Shown: positions 38,640 through 50,769 of the stretch, piece by piece
Numbering within the stretch: the stretch's first letter is position 1
Layout: each line of letters starts with the position of its first letter
Source of the DNA: Lytechinus pictus
Taxonomy: Eukaryota
Assembly: GCF_037042905.1 (NCBI RefSeq)
Contig: NC_087250.1
Coordinates: forward strand, 28,274,001 to 28,338,000
DNA: 64,000 bases
Direction of reading: 5' to 3'
Translations under genes and position numbers: made by a program
The notes under the pieces: model-generated
Databases searched by the model: none
Told to the model about the DNA's origin: nothing
Seen by the model: only the letters and a program-made list of their open reading frames with translations

Positions 38640-38821
38640 GTAAGAAAAATAAAGGCCTCATCTTTTAATGAGTTACAGTTGATCCAATCAAGATCAACTG
38701 TAAGGAAGTCCATCTATCCTGTCATTTTTTCTACGAGAAATTTTCACAATCTCTTTAGTAAACAAAGAGAATCACACTGAATCTTCAAGAGAAATGATGA
38801 ATGTATGAATAAACGCATATC

Positions 38822-39000
38822 TAAAATATATTTTGAACAAATTTCCATTTTAGATGTTGATATTGCTGGCCATTTCTACATCATATCAAGAATATGTTTT
38901 GAAAAAATTTCCATTTTAGATATTGACGTTGCTGGCCATCCATACATTATTTCTACGATATGTTTTGAACAAATTTCTATTTCAGATGTTGACGTTGCTG
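38822..39000. repeat. 66-bp minisatellite, about 2.7 copies
   Basis: TTTTGAA(C/A)AAATTTC...GTTGCTG recurs at ~66-bp spacing. Confidence 0.8.
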
Positions 39001-39115
39001 AAGATCAAGGATTATTTGGTATTTCTTGTCAAATAATTGGATCCCCATGGTTATTGATGTATTATAAGAACACATCCAGTAATAATTGCAGGCTTTTTCT
39101 ACACAGAGCTAAATT

Positions 39116-39387
39116 GGGCCCTGTCTTACAAAGTGTTATGATCGATCCGATCAACTACAACTATGGAAAGCCAATAATGTCATTATCTAAAATGATTGTT
39201 CATTCAAAATATTTCCTACATATGTTGTATATTCATACATTCAATGTCTTCTTGTAAATTCAGGGTATTTTTCTGTTCTTACAAAGGACATTGTGCAAAT
39301 TTCCTGGAGAAAAAATGATGACATTAATGGATTTTCATAAACTTGAGGTTGATCGGATCAATTGTAACTCTTTGTAAGATGGGGCCC
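39116..39387. mobile_element. PIF/Harbinger-like MITE
   Basis: ~40-bp imperfect TIR GGGCCC(T/C)(G/A)TCTTACAAAG..TTA..AT.GATCCGATCAAC. Confidence 0.65.
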
Positions 39388-39623
39388 TGATGTATGTTAC
39401 TCAGGTTTATAACTGAATCCATTGTTTATGAATAAAAATGAACAGTGAGCTCATTAAAGCTCAAACCTTTGCAATCATCGATTGAACGCAATGTCATAAA
39501 TGAATGCCTTAATTATTGGACCACCGGCAGATCCAGTTGAGGGGGGCACATCCGGCCCCTCCTGCTTTGAGAGGCATAATCAAAATGTGTAAAACAAGTT
39601 TCCTGTTGATGAAATGACCTTAA

Positions 39624-40229
39624 AGGACAAGTCCACCCCAACAAAAACTTGATTTGAATAAAAAGAGAAAAATTCAACAAGCATAATGTTCACTGAAAAT
39701 TTCATCAAAATCGGATGTAAAATAAGAAAGTTATGATTTTTTTAAATTTCGCTTCATTTCACAAAACAGTTATATGCATATCCTGCCTGTATGCAAATAA
39801 GGGAACTGATGACATCACTCACTCACTATTTCTTTTGTATTTTATTATATGAAATATGAAATATTTTGATTTTCTCGTCATTGTCATGTGAAATGAAGTT
39901 TCATTCCTCCCTGAACACGTGGAATTCCATTATTTTAACATTTTGTGCTTCAGGCAAGGAGGTCCTAATCATCAACTTCGTAAAAATTGAAATATTGTAT
40001 AATTCAAACAATAACAAACTAAAGAAATAGTGAGTGAGTGACATCATCGACTCTCTCATTTGGATGTAACTGGCTCGTTCATATAACTATTTTGTTAAAA
40101 ATAAGCGAAACTTTGAAATGTCATAACTTTCTTATTTTACATCAGATTTTGATGAAATTTTCAACATTGTGCATGTCTGATTTTTCTCTATTGATTCTAA
40201 TCAACATTTTTCTGAGGTGGACTTGACCT
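39624..40229. mobile_element. Complete Kolobok-like MITE
   Basis: TTAA on both sides; TIR AGG(A/T)CAAGTCCACC extending into long imperfect inverted arms. Confidence 0.82.
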
Positions 40230-40588
40230 TTAAACTATGGGTGAAAACATTTTTTTTTTCTGGATCCACCCCTGATTGGACCCTTTTTAAATGTAATATT
40301 GTATGCACTGCATCATTAAGCATTTTCAATACAAAAACATCTGCATAAAAAAGGGATTCAAAGTCATCTATACTTTCTAAACAGGCTAGATTGGCAGATT
40401 TTCTTAACAGATTTGTTGCTTTGATTTGCACTGTATTGTTCATGTCCCAATTCATATTTGTTGGCCTGAAATATGGTGTTCTTTGTGAAATTGTGTTTTC
40501 CTAAATGGTGTATTTTTTCTGTATTGCAAAAAACCTTGGAGTCTACTCAATAAGTAAATGTGCCATGTATCTTTATACTATCATCTAG

Positions 40589-40746
40589 GTATAGGCTACT
40601 TCACACTGCCATACTTGGTACATGCCAAAGCTAAACTACTCTATGCATGTGAATGGAATCCTCATGCTGTAAATGCATTGCAAAGAAACCTAGAGCTGAA
40701 CAGTGTGAACGAGAGATGTATAGTGCTAGAGGGAGATAATAGGAAG
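40589..40746 (+). CDS. TRMT12: TYW2 coding exon
   Basis: IGYFTLPYLVHA...ACEWNPHAV.AL.RNLELN...GDNRK; AG/GTAAG boundaries in phase. Confidence 0.95.
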
Positions 40747-40758
40747 GTAAGACAATAA

Positions 40759-41204
40759 GATGATGCATAGTATTTGTATAGCGCCATACATGTACATGTA
40801 TATCTGCCAAAGACATTCAAAGGCGCATTTTTGGAGGAGCCAGCCAATCTGGGTCACCTGTAAGGGCGCGCACACAGAACTGTGACCCACAGGTCTCTCC
40901 TCCCGATAACTGGTTGAGGGAATGCAGGTGGACCACTACACCGGGGGTTCCCCCTACTCTTTTTCGAATAGGACAGTGGGTTCTTAACTTGCAAAGATGG
41001 TGACTTTCCTCTACACGGGGCCTCGATTTAACGTCCTATCTGAGGGACGGAGTGTTTTCCATTGTAACATAGCCTGCATCTATGAAACATGGGAGAGACG
41101 TTTACACACAACGCACTGGCTTCAGTCATCCGCCCGGGGTGGACTCAAACCCACGATCTTTGGTTCGACGGGCAGACACTTTACCGACTGAGCCAACTTT
41201 GCTC
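40759..41204 (-). mobile_element. tRNA-derived SINE with Deu/Nin-like core and L2-like tail
   Basis: Minus-strand head TTGGCTCAGTCGGTAAAG...GGTTTGAGTCC (A/B boxes). Core CCCCTACTCTTTT..GAA...GGGCCTCGATTTAACGTCCTATCTGAGGGACG resembles the Deu domain as recalled. Tail GGCGCTATACAAAT...CATC. Confidence 0.75.
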
Positions 41205-41632
41205 TCACCATAGAAAGGATTAATTGAGATTAATAGATTAATTAGGATGAATGGATCAATTGAGATTAATGAAATAATCAGGATTATCATGATTTATTGG
41301 TTTAATGGGGACTGATAAATAAATCAGTAGGCTATTATTAATCATGGCTGTATGCAGGGGTCGGGGAGGGGACAGTTTCCCCCAGAAATTTTGAAAACTT
41401 TTATCGTTTTACTGAAAATTTTCACGAAAAAGCTCACCAAAGATGAGTTTTAAAGAAAGTGTTCAGTTTCACTTCATAAAATGCAAAAGTGCCCCATGAC
41501 AAGCTGGCCGCTAGCTATTCACCATTAAAAATAAACAAAAAGAGTTGATCACGTCACATTATTTTTCTAGATTTGGCAATGTTGGCTGCATTCATTTAAA
41601 CTATTATGTTTTTTGTGTGTGTTGCATTTCAG

Positions 41633-42370
41633 GTATGTCCAGTAGGTGTTGCTAACAGAGTAAACCTTGGGCTTATACCATCCTCAGAGCAGGGGTGGCC
41701 AGTGGCCTGTGCTGCATTGAGCCCTATTACTGGAGGTATACTGCACATCCATGGTAATGTGGATTCCTACCCCCACCAGGAATGGAATAATCCAAGCAGT
41801 AAGAAGGATGATAGCTATCCGTCAGTGGGTTGCTTTTTGGATGATTCAGAAGTCACATCTAATCATTGTCAGCCTGTAGCACAAAGGAGGATTCAAGACA
41901 CTGTGCTTCCTGAGAACAAGACATGCCAAGACTGGGAGATTGGTAACACTTCTCAGAGTGAAATATTCGAGAATGGTAACACTTCTTGGAGTGTATCAGG
42001 AAGTAAGGTATCAGAGAGTGGTAACACATCTCATAGTGTATCTGGTAGTAAGGTATCAGAGAGTGGTAACACTTCTCAGAATGAATCGGGTAGTATAAAT
42101 GTAGAGACCGGTAACATTTCTCATAGCAAAACTAATGGATTACATCCCACATGTTTATTCAACAAGAAAGTAGCATCTAGTTGTTCCCATTACAAGCAAG
42201 CTAAATGGATTGAATGGGGTAGTGATGTAGCTAGGCAGATTAGAGGTCTTCTCCATGATCTACATGGTAGTCATTGGAATGTGGAGATGGTGCACATTGA
42301 GCATGTCAAGTCTTATGCACCTCATATTGATCACTTGGTTTTGGATATTGAATGTCGGCTGGTCTTATGA
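41633..42370 (+). CDS. TRMT12: TYW2 last coding exon
   Basis: ANRVNLGLIPSSEQGWPVAC...GGILHIH.NV...HIEHVKSYAPHIDHLVLDIEC, TGA stop; AATAAA at 42451. Confidence 0.95.
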   Translation, partial: VCPVGVANRVNLGLIPSSEQGWPVACAALSPITGGILHIHGNVDSYPHQEWNNPSSKKDDSYPSVGCFLDDSEVTSNHCQPVAQRRIQDTVLPENKTCQDWEIGNTSQSEIFENGNTSWSVSGSKVSESGNTSHSVSGSKVSESGNTSQNESGSINVETGNISHSKTNGLHPTCLFNKKVASSCSHYKQAKWIEWGSDVARQIRGLLHDLHGSHWNVEMVHIEHVKSYAPHIDHLVLDIECRLVL

Positions 42371-43299
42371 CATTTACACTAGTAGCCTATATTATTTTGA
42401 AGTTAAAAGAATCAAATCAGAGAACATTATATTTTTTTATTTACCTCTTTAATAAAAACCTTGCGAAGTTTGGTTGGTTGGTTACTTTCACCTTCAACAA
42501 ACTGTTTAGGCCTTTGCCCCGGATTGCCAAGAGAGGGCTCATTTGTATTCATGTCAACATTGATGCTTACTATGTTTATTGCATTTCTGGAAATGAAGCA
42601 AGATGAAGTAAAAGGGAACTCATCAAAGTAAAGCACTTGAAAGAATGTCATTGAAAAAATAGGATAGAGATAGAGATAGAGAAAATGTCTATAACCAATC
42701 TTTGTACAGATTAAGATAAATAAAATAAATTCCACCTGCTACTGAATCAGGTATTGAATAAGATTGGTGGTCTGGGTAAACTTGAGGAAAATTGTTTATT
42801 GCTCTCCTTAACTTCTAGAATTCACCCGTTTTTTTTTTCTTTTTCTTTCCTTTGCTGAATGATTTTCTTTGAAAAGTCATCACTGACATAGATCTAGCTT
42901 TGTTTGAATGGTTCAGATACGCTTTTCGTACCCGTTCCTTGGTAGGGTACGAAAAGAAGGCTACGTAAATCATGCTTGTAGGTGACTTCGTCTGATTCTG
43001 ACTGGCACTAAGAGGAGAGCTATGGGTTGGATGATTATTATTATTATTTCAGTCTTATTTAAAAAAGACAGGGTAATCCTTTCAGAGCCAAGAGGCCTGC
43101 TTTTCAAAAGAGCCTTGTTACATGAATATTTCATATAAATGAGAACTTGTGATGTCTGTCAATCTTGAAATCCTGCTTGTCTAGGCCAACTTTCCCTGTC
43201 TTCCACTACTTTATGACAAGTCTCCCTCTCACTAGCGTAGCTACGGGGGGGGGGGGGGACCTGTTTTGCCCCCCCCCCTGACGAACTTGAAGACCTTGG

Positions 43300-43785
43300 A
43301 TTTTGGATTAGTGTTATGTCAGTTTGTCCAATTATATTGTGGCATTACTTTCCACAACTATGGCAAGGATCATCCCTTACAATGGTGTTGTGGAGCTTGA
43401 TTTGTTCCTGTCAGTCCTGTAATAGAAAAAATGGGGAAATAAGAATTCTGAAAGCGAAATAGCGCATACAAAATACTTGCTCAACTAACATAAAGAAATG
43501 CAAACCCTATTCGCAGCACCAGTATAGCAAATGTCGCAGAACACCAGTCTTATTGATGACTTGCTTGGAATACAAGTTCGTTTCTCTAGCTACCAAAGAA
43601 AACAACTCATCTGTAAAGAATTTCATGAACAAGTCTACCTGCTTGGTGTTTTCATTTACGTTAAAAAGCTTTGTCAAACCACCATTGGTATTGTACATGT
43701 CATCCAGCCATTCAGCTTTCCACTCGTCTCCTTCACCAAGTTGTATCCATTCCCGAGGCGCCTCATCGACCGAAGCCATGGACAC
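43300..43785 (-). pseudogene. piggyBac (PGBD-like) transposase N-terminal remnant
   Basis: DLFMKFFTDELFSLVARETNLYSKQ matches the conserved F..FF.DE....V.ETN.YA.Q block. Confidence 0.7.
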
Positions 43786-44829
43786 ATCATCCTCCTTGAC
43801 TTCGCTGTCCTAGTCGGCTCCTGGTACATGATGTGCAGTATAGCTGACTCTCCAAGTGAAGATGAGATCCCTTGGATGGCCTGACTATGTAGCATATATG
43901 AGTCATGCATTACTGCATCATGTAATTACACACACATTCTTCTTCCAAGATTTTGGAGTAGATTCTGGAAAAAGTGTTTTTTTACGTTGGTTTGTCAAAT
44001 GACAAGCCCATCAATACAATAGTGTTGTTTTCTATACAATTGTAGCAAGAATAGTCCCTTCTTATGGTGTTGGAGTCAGCTTGTGATGGGAGCACTAATG
44101 ACACAACTGAAGCTGTAGCTTGTATTCTACCAAATGTTTTGAACATTGCTGATAATAAGTCGGCTCTTCTGGACTGATACATTGACAGCCTGGTTATTGA
44201 ATCATAATTCATTCATTTTCCACAGGATCAATTCCGTCCTAGTCATCATTCCAACCGTTTCTCCTGTTTGACATCACGCATTGAGTCACTCAAGTTAAAT
44301 ACTTGGACAGGAATGATAATCCTCTTCTGGCTGCTAGAAGATCCTATGATGTGATTCTTCCTTCTGGTTCTACACCTTCTACAATTGCCATTCCTACTAC
44401 GGACAATTTTGTTGCTATCAGGAATGGACCTTTCCCGAGTAGCTGGAGTTTCAGAGAGATGCCTTTATTTTTGGATGGAGAGCTTCATGTCCAGCAGACA
44501 CTATTGTAGTAGTGTCTGTAGTAGTACTTCAACTCGACCAACAAACGGTTCTTCAAGCTGTGAAGTGCATGTATTCTCACTTCAACATGTGAAGAATGCC
44601 ACATGTTGGGAGGAGAGAATTCATTCCAATTATACCTTGACATTTAATGTCTGCAATAAATGGCCTTCAGAGATTGAGTAGTCGTACCAATACCAAAATC
44701 CTAGCTTCAAGCAGAATAACTGTATGTTTTTACACACAGCTGTTCATACGAGTCCATCCACTCTTCTGCACTCTGATCAATGCGTCCCTCAAAAAATGGG
44801 GGTCGGATACTAGGCTTGTTATTAGCCAT

Positions 44830-46235
44830 AATTGTTCAGTTTACAAGAAATCACAGCCAATATTTAACAATGAATTGTTCAACGACTCTGTCAGCGAAGT
44901 CTCTGTCATCGCGAAATTGTCAAGTCTGTGCATGTAAATTCAATCTGGACACAAAACTATCAGCAGTTTCACTCTCTTGCTGGCAAAATCTCTGTAAGTA
45001 GAGACGAGCGACTCTGAAATTGGACTTTGGTTTAAGCTGCTTTTCAAACCGATTCCACACAACTGCGACATTCTTTCTGTCTCTTTCTGCTAAGTCCCAT
45101 GAATTATACATGCGGAGGCCAGGGGTGCCCATGAAAAGCAGAATGTGATCCACCTGTTTCTCCTCTCTGACATTTTTCATGGAGAAGTACAATTCACACT
45201 GCTTTTTGTCTCACCTGCATAGCAGAGTGAGACTATAGGCGCCACTTTTCCGACGGCGGCGGCGGCGGCGGCGGCGGCGTCAACACCAAATCTTAACCTG
45301 AGGTTAAGTTTTTGAAATGACAGCATAACTTAGAAAGTATATGGACCTAGTTCATGAAACTTGGCCATAAGGTTAATCAAGTATTACTGAACATCCTGCC
45401 TGAGTTTCATGTCACATGACCAAGGTCAAAGGTCATTTAGGGTCAATGAACTTAGACCATGTTGGGGGAATCAACATCAAAATCTTAACCTAAGGTTAAG
45501 TTTTTGAAATGTCATCATAACTTAGAAAATATATGGACCTAGTTCATGAAACTTATACATAAGGTTAATCAAGTATCACTGAACATCCTGCATGAGTTTC
45601 ACGTCACATGACCAAGGTCAAAGGTCATTTAGGGTCAATGAACTTTGGCCGAATTGGGGGTATCTGTTGAATTACCATCATAACTTTGAAAGTTTATGGA
45701 TCTGATTCATGAAACTTGGACATAATAGTAATCAAGTATTACTGAACATCCTGTGCAAGTTTCAGGTCATATGATCAAGGTCAAAGGTCATTTAGGGTCA
45801 ATGAACTTTAGCCAAATTGGGGTATTTGTTGAATTACAGCCATAAATTTGAAAGTGTGTTGGTCTAGTTCATAAAACTTGGACATAATAGTAATCAAGTA
45901 TCACTGAACATCCTGTGCGAGTTTCAGGTCACATGATCAAGGTCAAAGGTCATGTAAGGTCAAAGAACTTTGGCCACGTTGGGGGTATTTGTTGAATTGC
46001 CATCATATCTCTATAAGTGTATTGGTCTAGTTCATAAAACGTGGAAATAAGAGTAACCAAGTATCACTGAACATCTTGTGCGAGTTATAGTAGTTTTCAA
46101 AATCAGCAGTGCTGCTATATTGAATCGCGTGATGCAGGTGAGACGGCCAGAGGCATTCCACTTGTTGAATATTTGTATGGTTCCTGGGAGATCTTCATCA
46201 TCCCAGAATAATTTTGGCACGATGGAGTCATTCAT
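44830..46235 (-). pseudogene. Ty3/Gypsy gag remnant split by the Helentron-type insertion
   Basis: MNDSIVPKLFWDDEDLPGTIQIF (46235-46167) joins KKQCELYF...WNRFEKQLKPKSNFRVARLYL...QQESETADSFVSRL (45207 leftward). Possible PBS-like TGGTATTGTGAAG near 46513-46501. Confidence 0.8.
45203..46165 (+). mobile_element. Non-autonomous Helentron/HINE-type element with internal tandem array
   Basis: 13-bp sub-terminal IR GTCTCACCTGCAT (45208-45220 and 46132-46144), 5' hairpin, (GGC)n, five ~163-192-bp units, ACTTGT end, inserted in a T-run. Partial relatives at ~37030-37130 and ~48260-48575. Confidence 0.85.
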
Positions 46236-46689
46236 ATTGACGTTTTAGTTCACCAGTCACACACAGCTGCACAAATTTACTAAGCTGCAAGCACAGAGAA
46301 TGAGGCTGTAAGTACAGTGAAAACTCACCGCGATCCGTATATGTGGGACTACAGGCTTGCAGCGATTGCTCAGGCAGACATCGCAAAGTTCCTTCCCTAT
46401 CATTTCAGATCTCCGTAAGGCATCATCTCAGTCTAATGTCACCACTAGCGGGATTATCCCACCCATGCGGTTCATCTGCACACAACCGTTGCAGTGCAGT
46501 CTTCACAATACCATGATACCTCTCCACTAACCTGTTGCAAATGGAATGATACCTAGAACTAGTGGCCTGTCTAATTGACAACAGTCTTGACACCTCTGTC
46601 ATCAGACTTTAAAACAAACTGCAGACGTAAATTTGACATGACCTCATTTGGTATTCCTACCCTACTATATATGCTAAGAGGTAAATTTC

Positions 46690-47125
46690 TACTTGCTCCT
46701 TTGTCAACTAGAGGACCCAGTCGATGACATCGTACAATGTCGGTTGAAGTCACGTTGACCCCCATCCTCCTGCCAATGTCAATGACAGCCTCCTCTGGAT
46801 CTTCATCTCTCAATTTAAGCACTCCTTGGATTTTGATGTTGTGCAATCTGGATTTTTGCTCCAGGTCATCATTTTTTTGCTCCAAGACTACCATCTTTTC
46901 AACAGATTTCTTTTCCGCCTCCTTATGTAGTTGTTTCTCTGACTCCTGGCCCTTTATTCTGCCCTCAAGCTCCATTATCCGGCCATCCTGCATCTCTAGC
47001 TGGGTGACGATTGCAGACATTGCCTCCGTAACCGCATTTTGTACAAACCTTTTTAATTGACTACTTTTTTCTTGCTTGTCAATGACAAGCTGGGGGATTT
47101 CGTCGGATTCCCTTTTTGTTGGCAT
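46690..47125 (-). pseudogene. Isolated LINE ORF1p fragment (coiled coil + RRM start)
   Basis: DDLEQKSRLHNIKIQGV...DIVRCHRLG is the typical ORF1 'LEQ.SR..N..I.G...HRLG' pattern. Confidence 0.75.
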
Positions 47126-48673
47126 ATTAAAATATGGGTTTATAATGAGGAAAAAAAATGGGAATAGTCCAAAACAAATTAATGCGAGTGAAGGCTGCAG
47201 AGAAGGAAAAGACCCAAATGAGAAGACATGTTTATGTACAAGATATAAATATGTTTGCACAAAGAACAATGGTTTATTATAACTATAGATGGCTTTGGAA
47301 TGAATGCAAGAGCCCATCTAGCTGATTTTGTCTATTAGGTTCTGATTGGATGTTCTTGTTTGTGCTAATCCCTTTGTTAGTTCACAGGTCTTTGAGCAGT
47401 GAATTTAGCTCTCATGAATGCCATTTTTTGTCTTTTGTTTGTAAGAGTGACCTTTTTTTAGTTTTCTCAAACACACATTCTGCTGTTCCATCTGTTCCTT
47501 TAATTTGTGTTTGTATGTCAGCTTCCTCAGCCCTTTAAATTTTTCTCCGTGTCTTTTTGAAGTTGTGCAACTGTAAGAGATTGGTGCATTCAGAGCAAGT
47601 GTATGATCCATCTTTCATCTCCCCCTTACATTCAACGCTTCACACGGTTCCTTTTTATGTATATGTATCCTTGTGACTATTAATAACAACAGTCTCCTGA
47701 GGTACCAAGTACCAAAGTGCTTCCCCGACTTGTCTTTGCCTTTGTGATATGATGTAATTGATTGGTCAAAGGAAAACAGATTCTTTCCCAACCTTGTCTG
47801 ACAGTGGTAGGGTCCAGAACACAGATGATATTGTAGTCAGCTTCTTTCTCAAACATTTTTGGATGCAAGCTTTGGTTTCTTACTCAAAGAGAAAAAGGAG
47901 TCAAATGAGCTTTGTTTACCTTTTGTTGAACGTTGATGGGTGGTCATGTAGGCAACAATATTCTGAGTCACCCTGTCTCTCTCTGGGAAGAGCTTGAGGA
48001 GATCAGTGCATACAGTGCAGCAAATCCTTGCAGCCTTACAAGATTTGGAAGCTTTGGCGTTTGGAAAGTACAGTGTATACTGGCCAAGGCATTCTATTTC
48101 CACAAGGGCCATTTGTGTCTCGATGACATCATGTGCAGTCTTTATCACGAGGAGGGTCTGTTTCCTGAGTTGACATACATACATACATACGTAAATACGT
48201 ACATACATGATACATACATACACACATACATACATACTCACATACATACATACTCATCAAAGTTTGACATACATGTAAGAGTAAACAAGTATCACTGAAT
48301 ATCCTGCCTTAGAGTTAGGTATCATGATCAAGGTCAAATGCCATTTAGGGTAAATGAACCCATGTTTGGGGAATCACTATCGAAATGCTAAGCTATAATT
48401 TTTTGAAATGCCATCATATCTTTCAAAGTATATAGAGGACACGATAGAAATCTAGTATGACTGAGCGTCTTGCACAAATTTCAGGTCACATGATCTCGGT
48501 CAAAGGTCATTTGAGGTCCACAAAATTATTTGTGAATAATTATTCTTTTCAAGTCGTTTTCTTGGTCGTGACTACTTGGGGGTCCATTCCCCCCCTCTAT
48601 CTGTATTTCAGTGTCATTAGTATCTCATTGTACATTCCTCCTCCCCAAAGGTGCCGGTTGGAAAGTAGATATA

Positions 48674-49492
48674 CAGTGCGTCCCAGAAAAAACGAAACCG
48701 AGATTTAGCGATGATTTATCATAACTTAATCATAAATAAAATAGACAAATGACCTACCAATGTAAAGCTTAGAATCTCCTCTTTCATCTGGTATTACTTA
48801 GATTATTCCTCATTCACGCATTATTGAGCAAAAACAATTCGAAGAAAGGATGCCAAAAACTCATTTGGCGGGGGGTATCTGAATTTTAAAAAGAAAATCA
48901 CATTACTAAAAAGTTCAATATCTTCTCTTTTCTTTGATACCTAAATCACAGAAAATGGTCAAGTAGTAAAAAAGTTATGATCCCTCGAAACAATGCTTGT
49001 ATTTCCATAATTTCATTAAATAAACGTGTTTTCACCGGTTTCCCACTGAAGCTATCGCACGGTAACAAAAGACTTAATGCATGGCTGATCGTCAACGAAA
49101 CGGAGTGTCGAGTGAGTTTGATCGCTAGCCTGTAAAACCTCTTCATTTTATGAAATTATTGAAATTCAAGCCCTATTTCAAATAACCAGAACTTTGTTAT
49201 TTCTTGACCATTTTCTGTAATTGAGGTATCAAATTAAAGAGCAGATATTGAACTTTTAAAAAATGTGGTTTTTTTTTTTAAAACCCAGATACGGCCCGCC
49301 AAGGGACTTTTTGGTATCCCCTTTTCAAATTGTTTTTGCTCACTCATGCGTGAATGAGAAATAATCAAGTAATTTCATATGAAAGAGGAGATTCTAAGCT
49401 TTAAAAGGGTAGGTCATTTGTCTATTGTATTTGCGATTAAGTTATGATAATTCATCGATAAATCTCGGTTTCGTTTCTTCTGGGACGCACTG
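48674..49492. mobile_element. Tc1/mariner-type MITE, inverted relative to 358-1161
   Basis: TA|CAGTGCGTCCC...GGGACGCACTG|TA, with about 15 extra bp centrally relative to the first copy. Confidence 0.85.
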
Positions 49493-50489
49493 TATAACCG
49501 AAGGTGAATAAAACCCTGCCCCATACTGCTACCATGGTAATGCAGTTTCCATAATATTTAGAAAATGAATCTTGCATGTCTTTACCCCATGATGAATATG
49601 TGTATGTGAACTTCCATGAGCACTTGCTGAAAACTGAAAACTGGGGAAGTAGTTTGACCCGCAATGAGTTTTCCTGACACTAGCCCAAGCATTTCGTCAG
49701 CAATGTCAAAATAAATTGCAGTAATTGCTGATTTCACGATATCGATAAAGCAGAATTCTTCTTTTTATTATTACTATTATCAAAATTTAGCAATATTTTG
49801 TGAAAACAGTTATTAGGTTGGCTGATGATGTCACACCCCCACTTTCCTTTTTCTTATGTTATTAAAAGAAATAGTTGATTAATTACTTTTTTTTTTCATA
49901 CATGTGTAAATGATGTGTCTCCATTATAATGAAATAAGTTGCAGCTCTAAATAACTAATGCACTTAATCAGTTGTCAATCCAATTATTTTAGATCTTGGT
50001 AGAACAATTTTGAAGAAATCTAATTTCCAAATGAAATTAGATTTATTCAGAATTTTTCTAAAAAACAAGTAGGGTTATGACACTATCAGTTTGCTCATTA
50101 ATAATCATGAGAACATGCCTAGAACTGTTTCACCAGAATAATACAAATCCTTAAAGTACAATAACTTCATTACTTTTTTATCCGATTTTGATCAAATTTT
50201 CAGCATTTTGCTCTGTGAATTGTACTCTATTTTTTGAGATATATGAATATCTTCAGCCTGGAGCATCCCTTTGATATACTTAACATTAGTTAAGATTTGA
50301 TGTTGACCATGCTGCCATCGGAAAAGCCACACCTGTGCCTGACTTGTGATATGAAAGAAAGAATTCAATATTATAATGACCTCTCAAGTTTTTATGATGA
50401 ATAGAAAATATGTCCAAAAGTACTCTGATAGAAAATTTCTTAAGAATGAGAAATTGATAAAATACACTAAAATTAACACATGATAATAT

Positions 50490-50769
50490 AGGCATTCATA
50501 TAGCGCCATCTATATAGAAATATTCAATTCCGAGGCGCGAAGTTATTATTATATTTACCCCGGCTTTAGCTCGAGCTGCCTTTCAGCGCTGATGCATTCA
50601 AGGAATTAATCCTGCTGGGTACACATTCTGTCAATTCACCTCACCTGGGTTTAGTGCAGCACAATGTGGATAAATTTCTTGCTGAAGGAAATTACTCCAT
50701 GGCTGGGATTCGAACCCACGACCCTGTGTTTCAAAGTCAGAAGACTTACCCACTAGGCCAAAATGCTCC
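50490..50769 (-). mobile_element. tRNA-derived SINE (CORE-like) with L2-like tail
   Basis: Head TGGCCTAGTGG...GGGTTCGAATCCC, then CAGCAAGAAATTTATCCAC; tail GGCGCTATATGAATG. Confidence 0.75.

Noticed and set aside
45280..46085. CRISPR-like regularly spaced repeats
   Set aside because: Whole ~163-192-bp units repeat without unique spacers; eukaryotic context and no cas genes.
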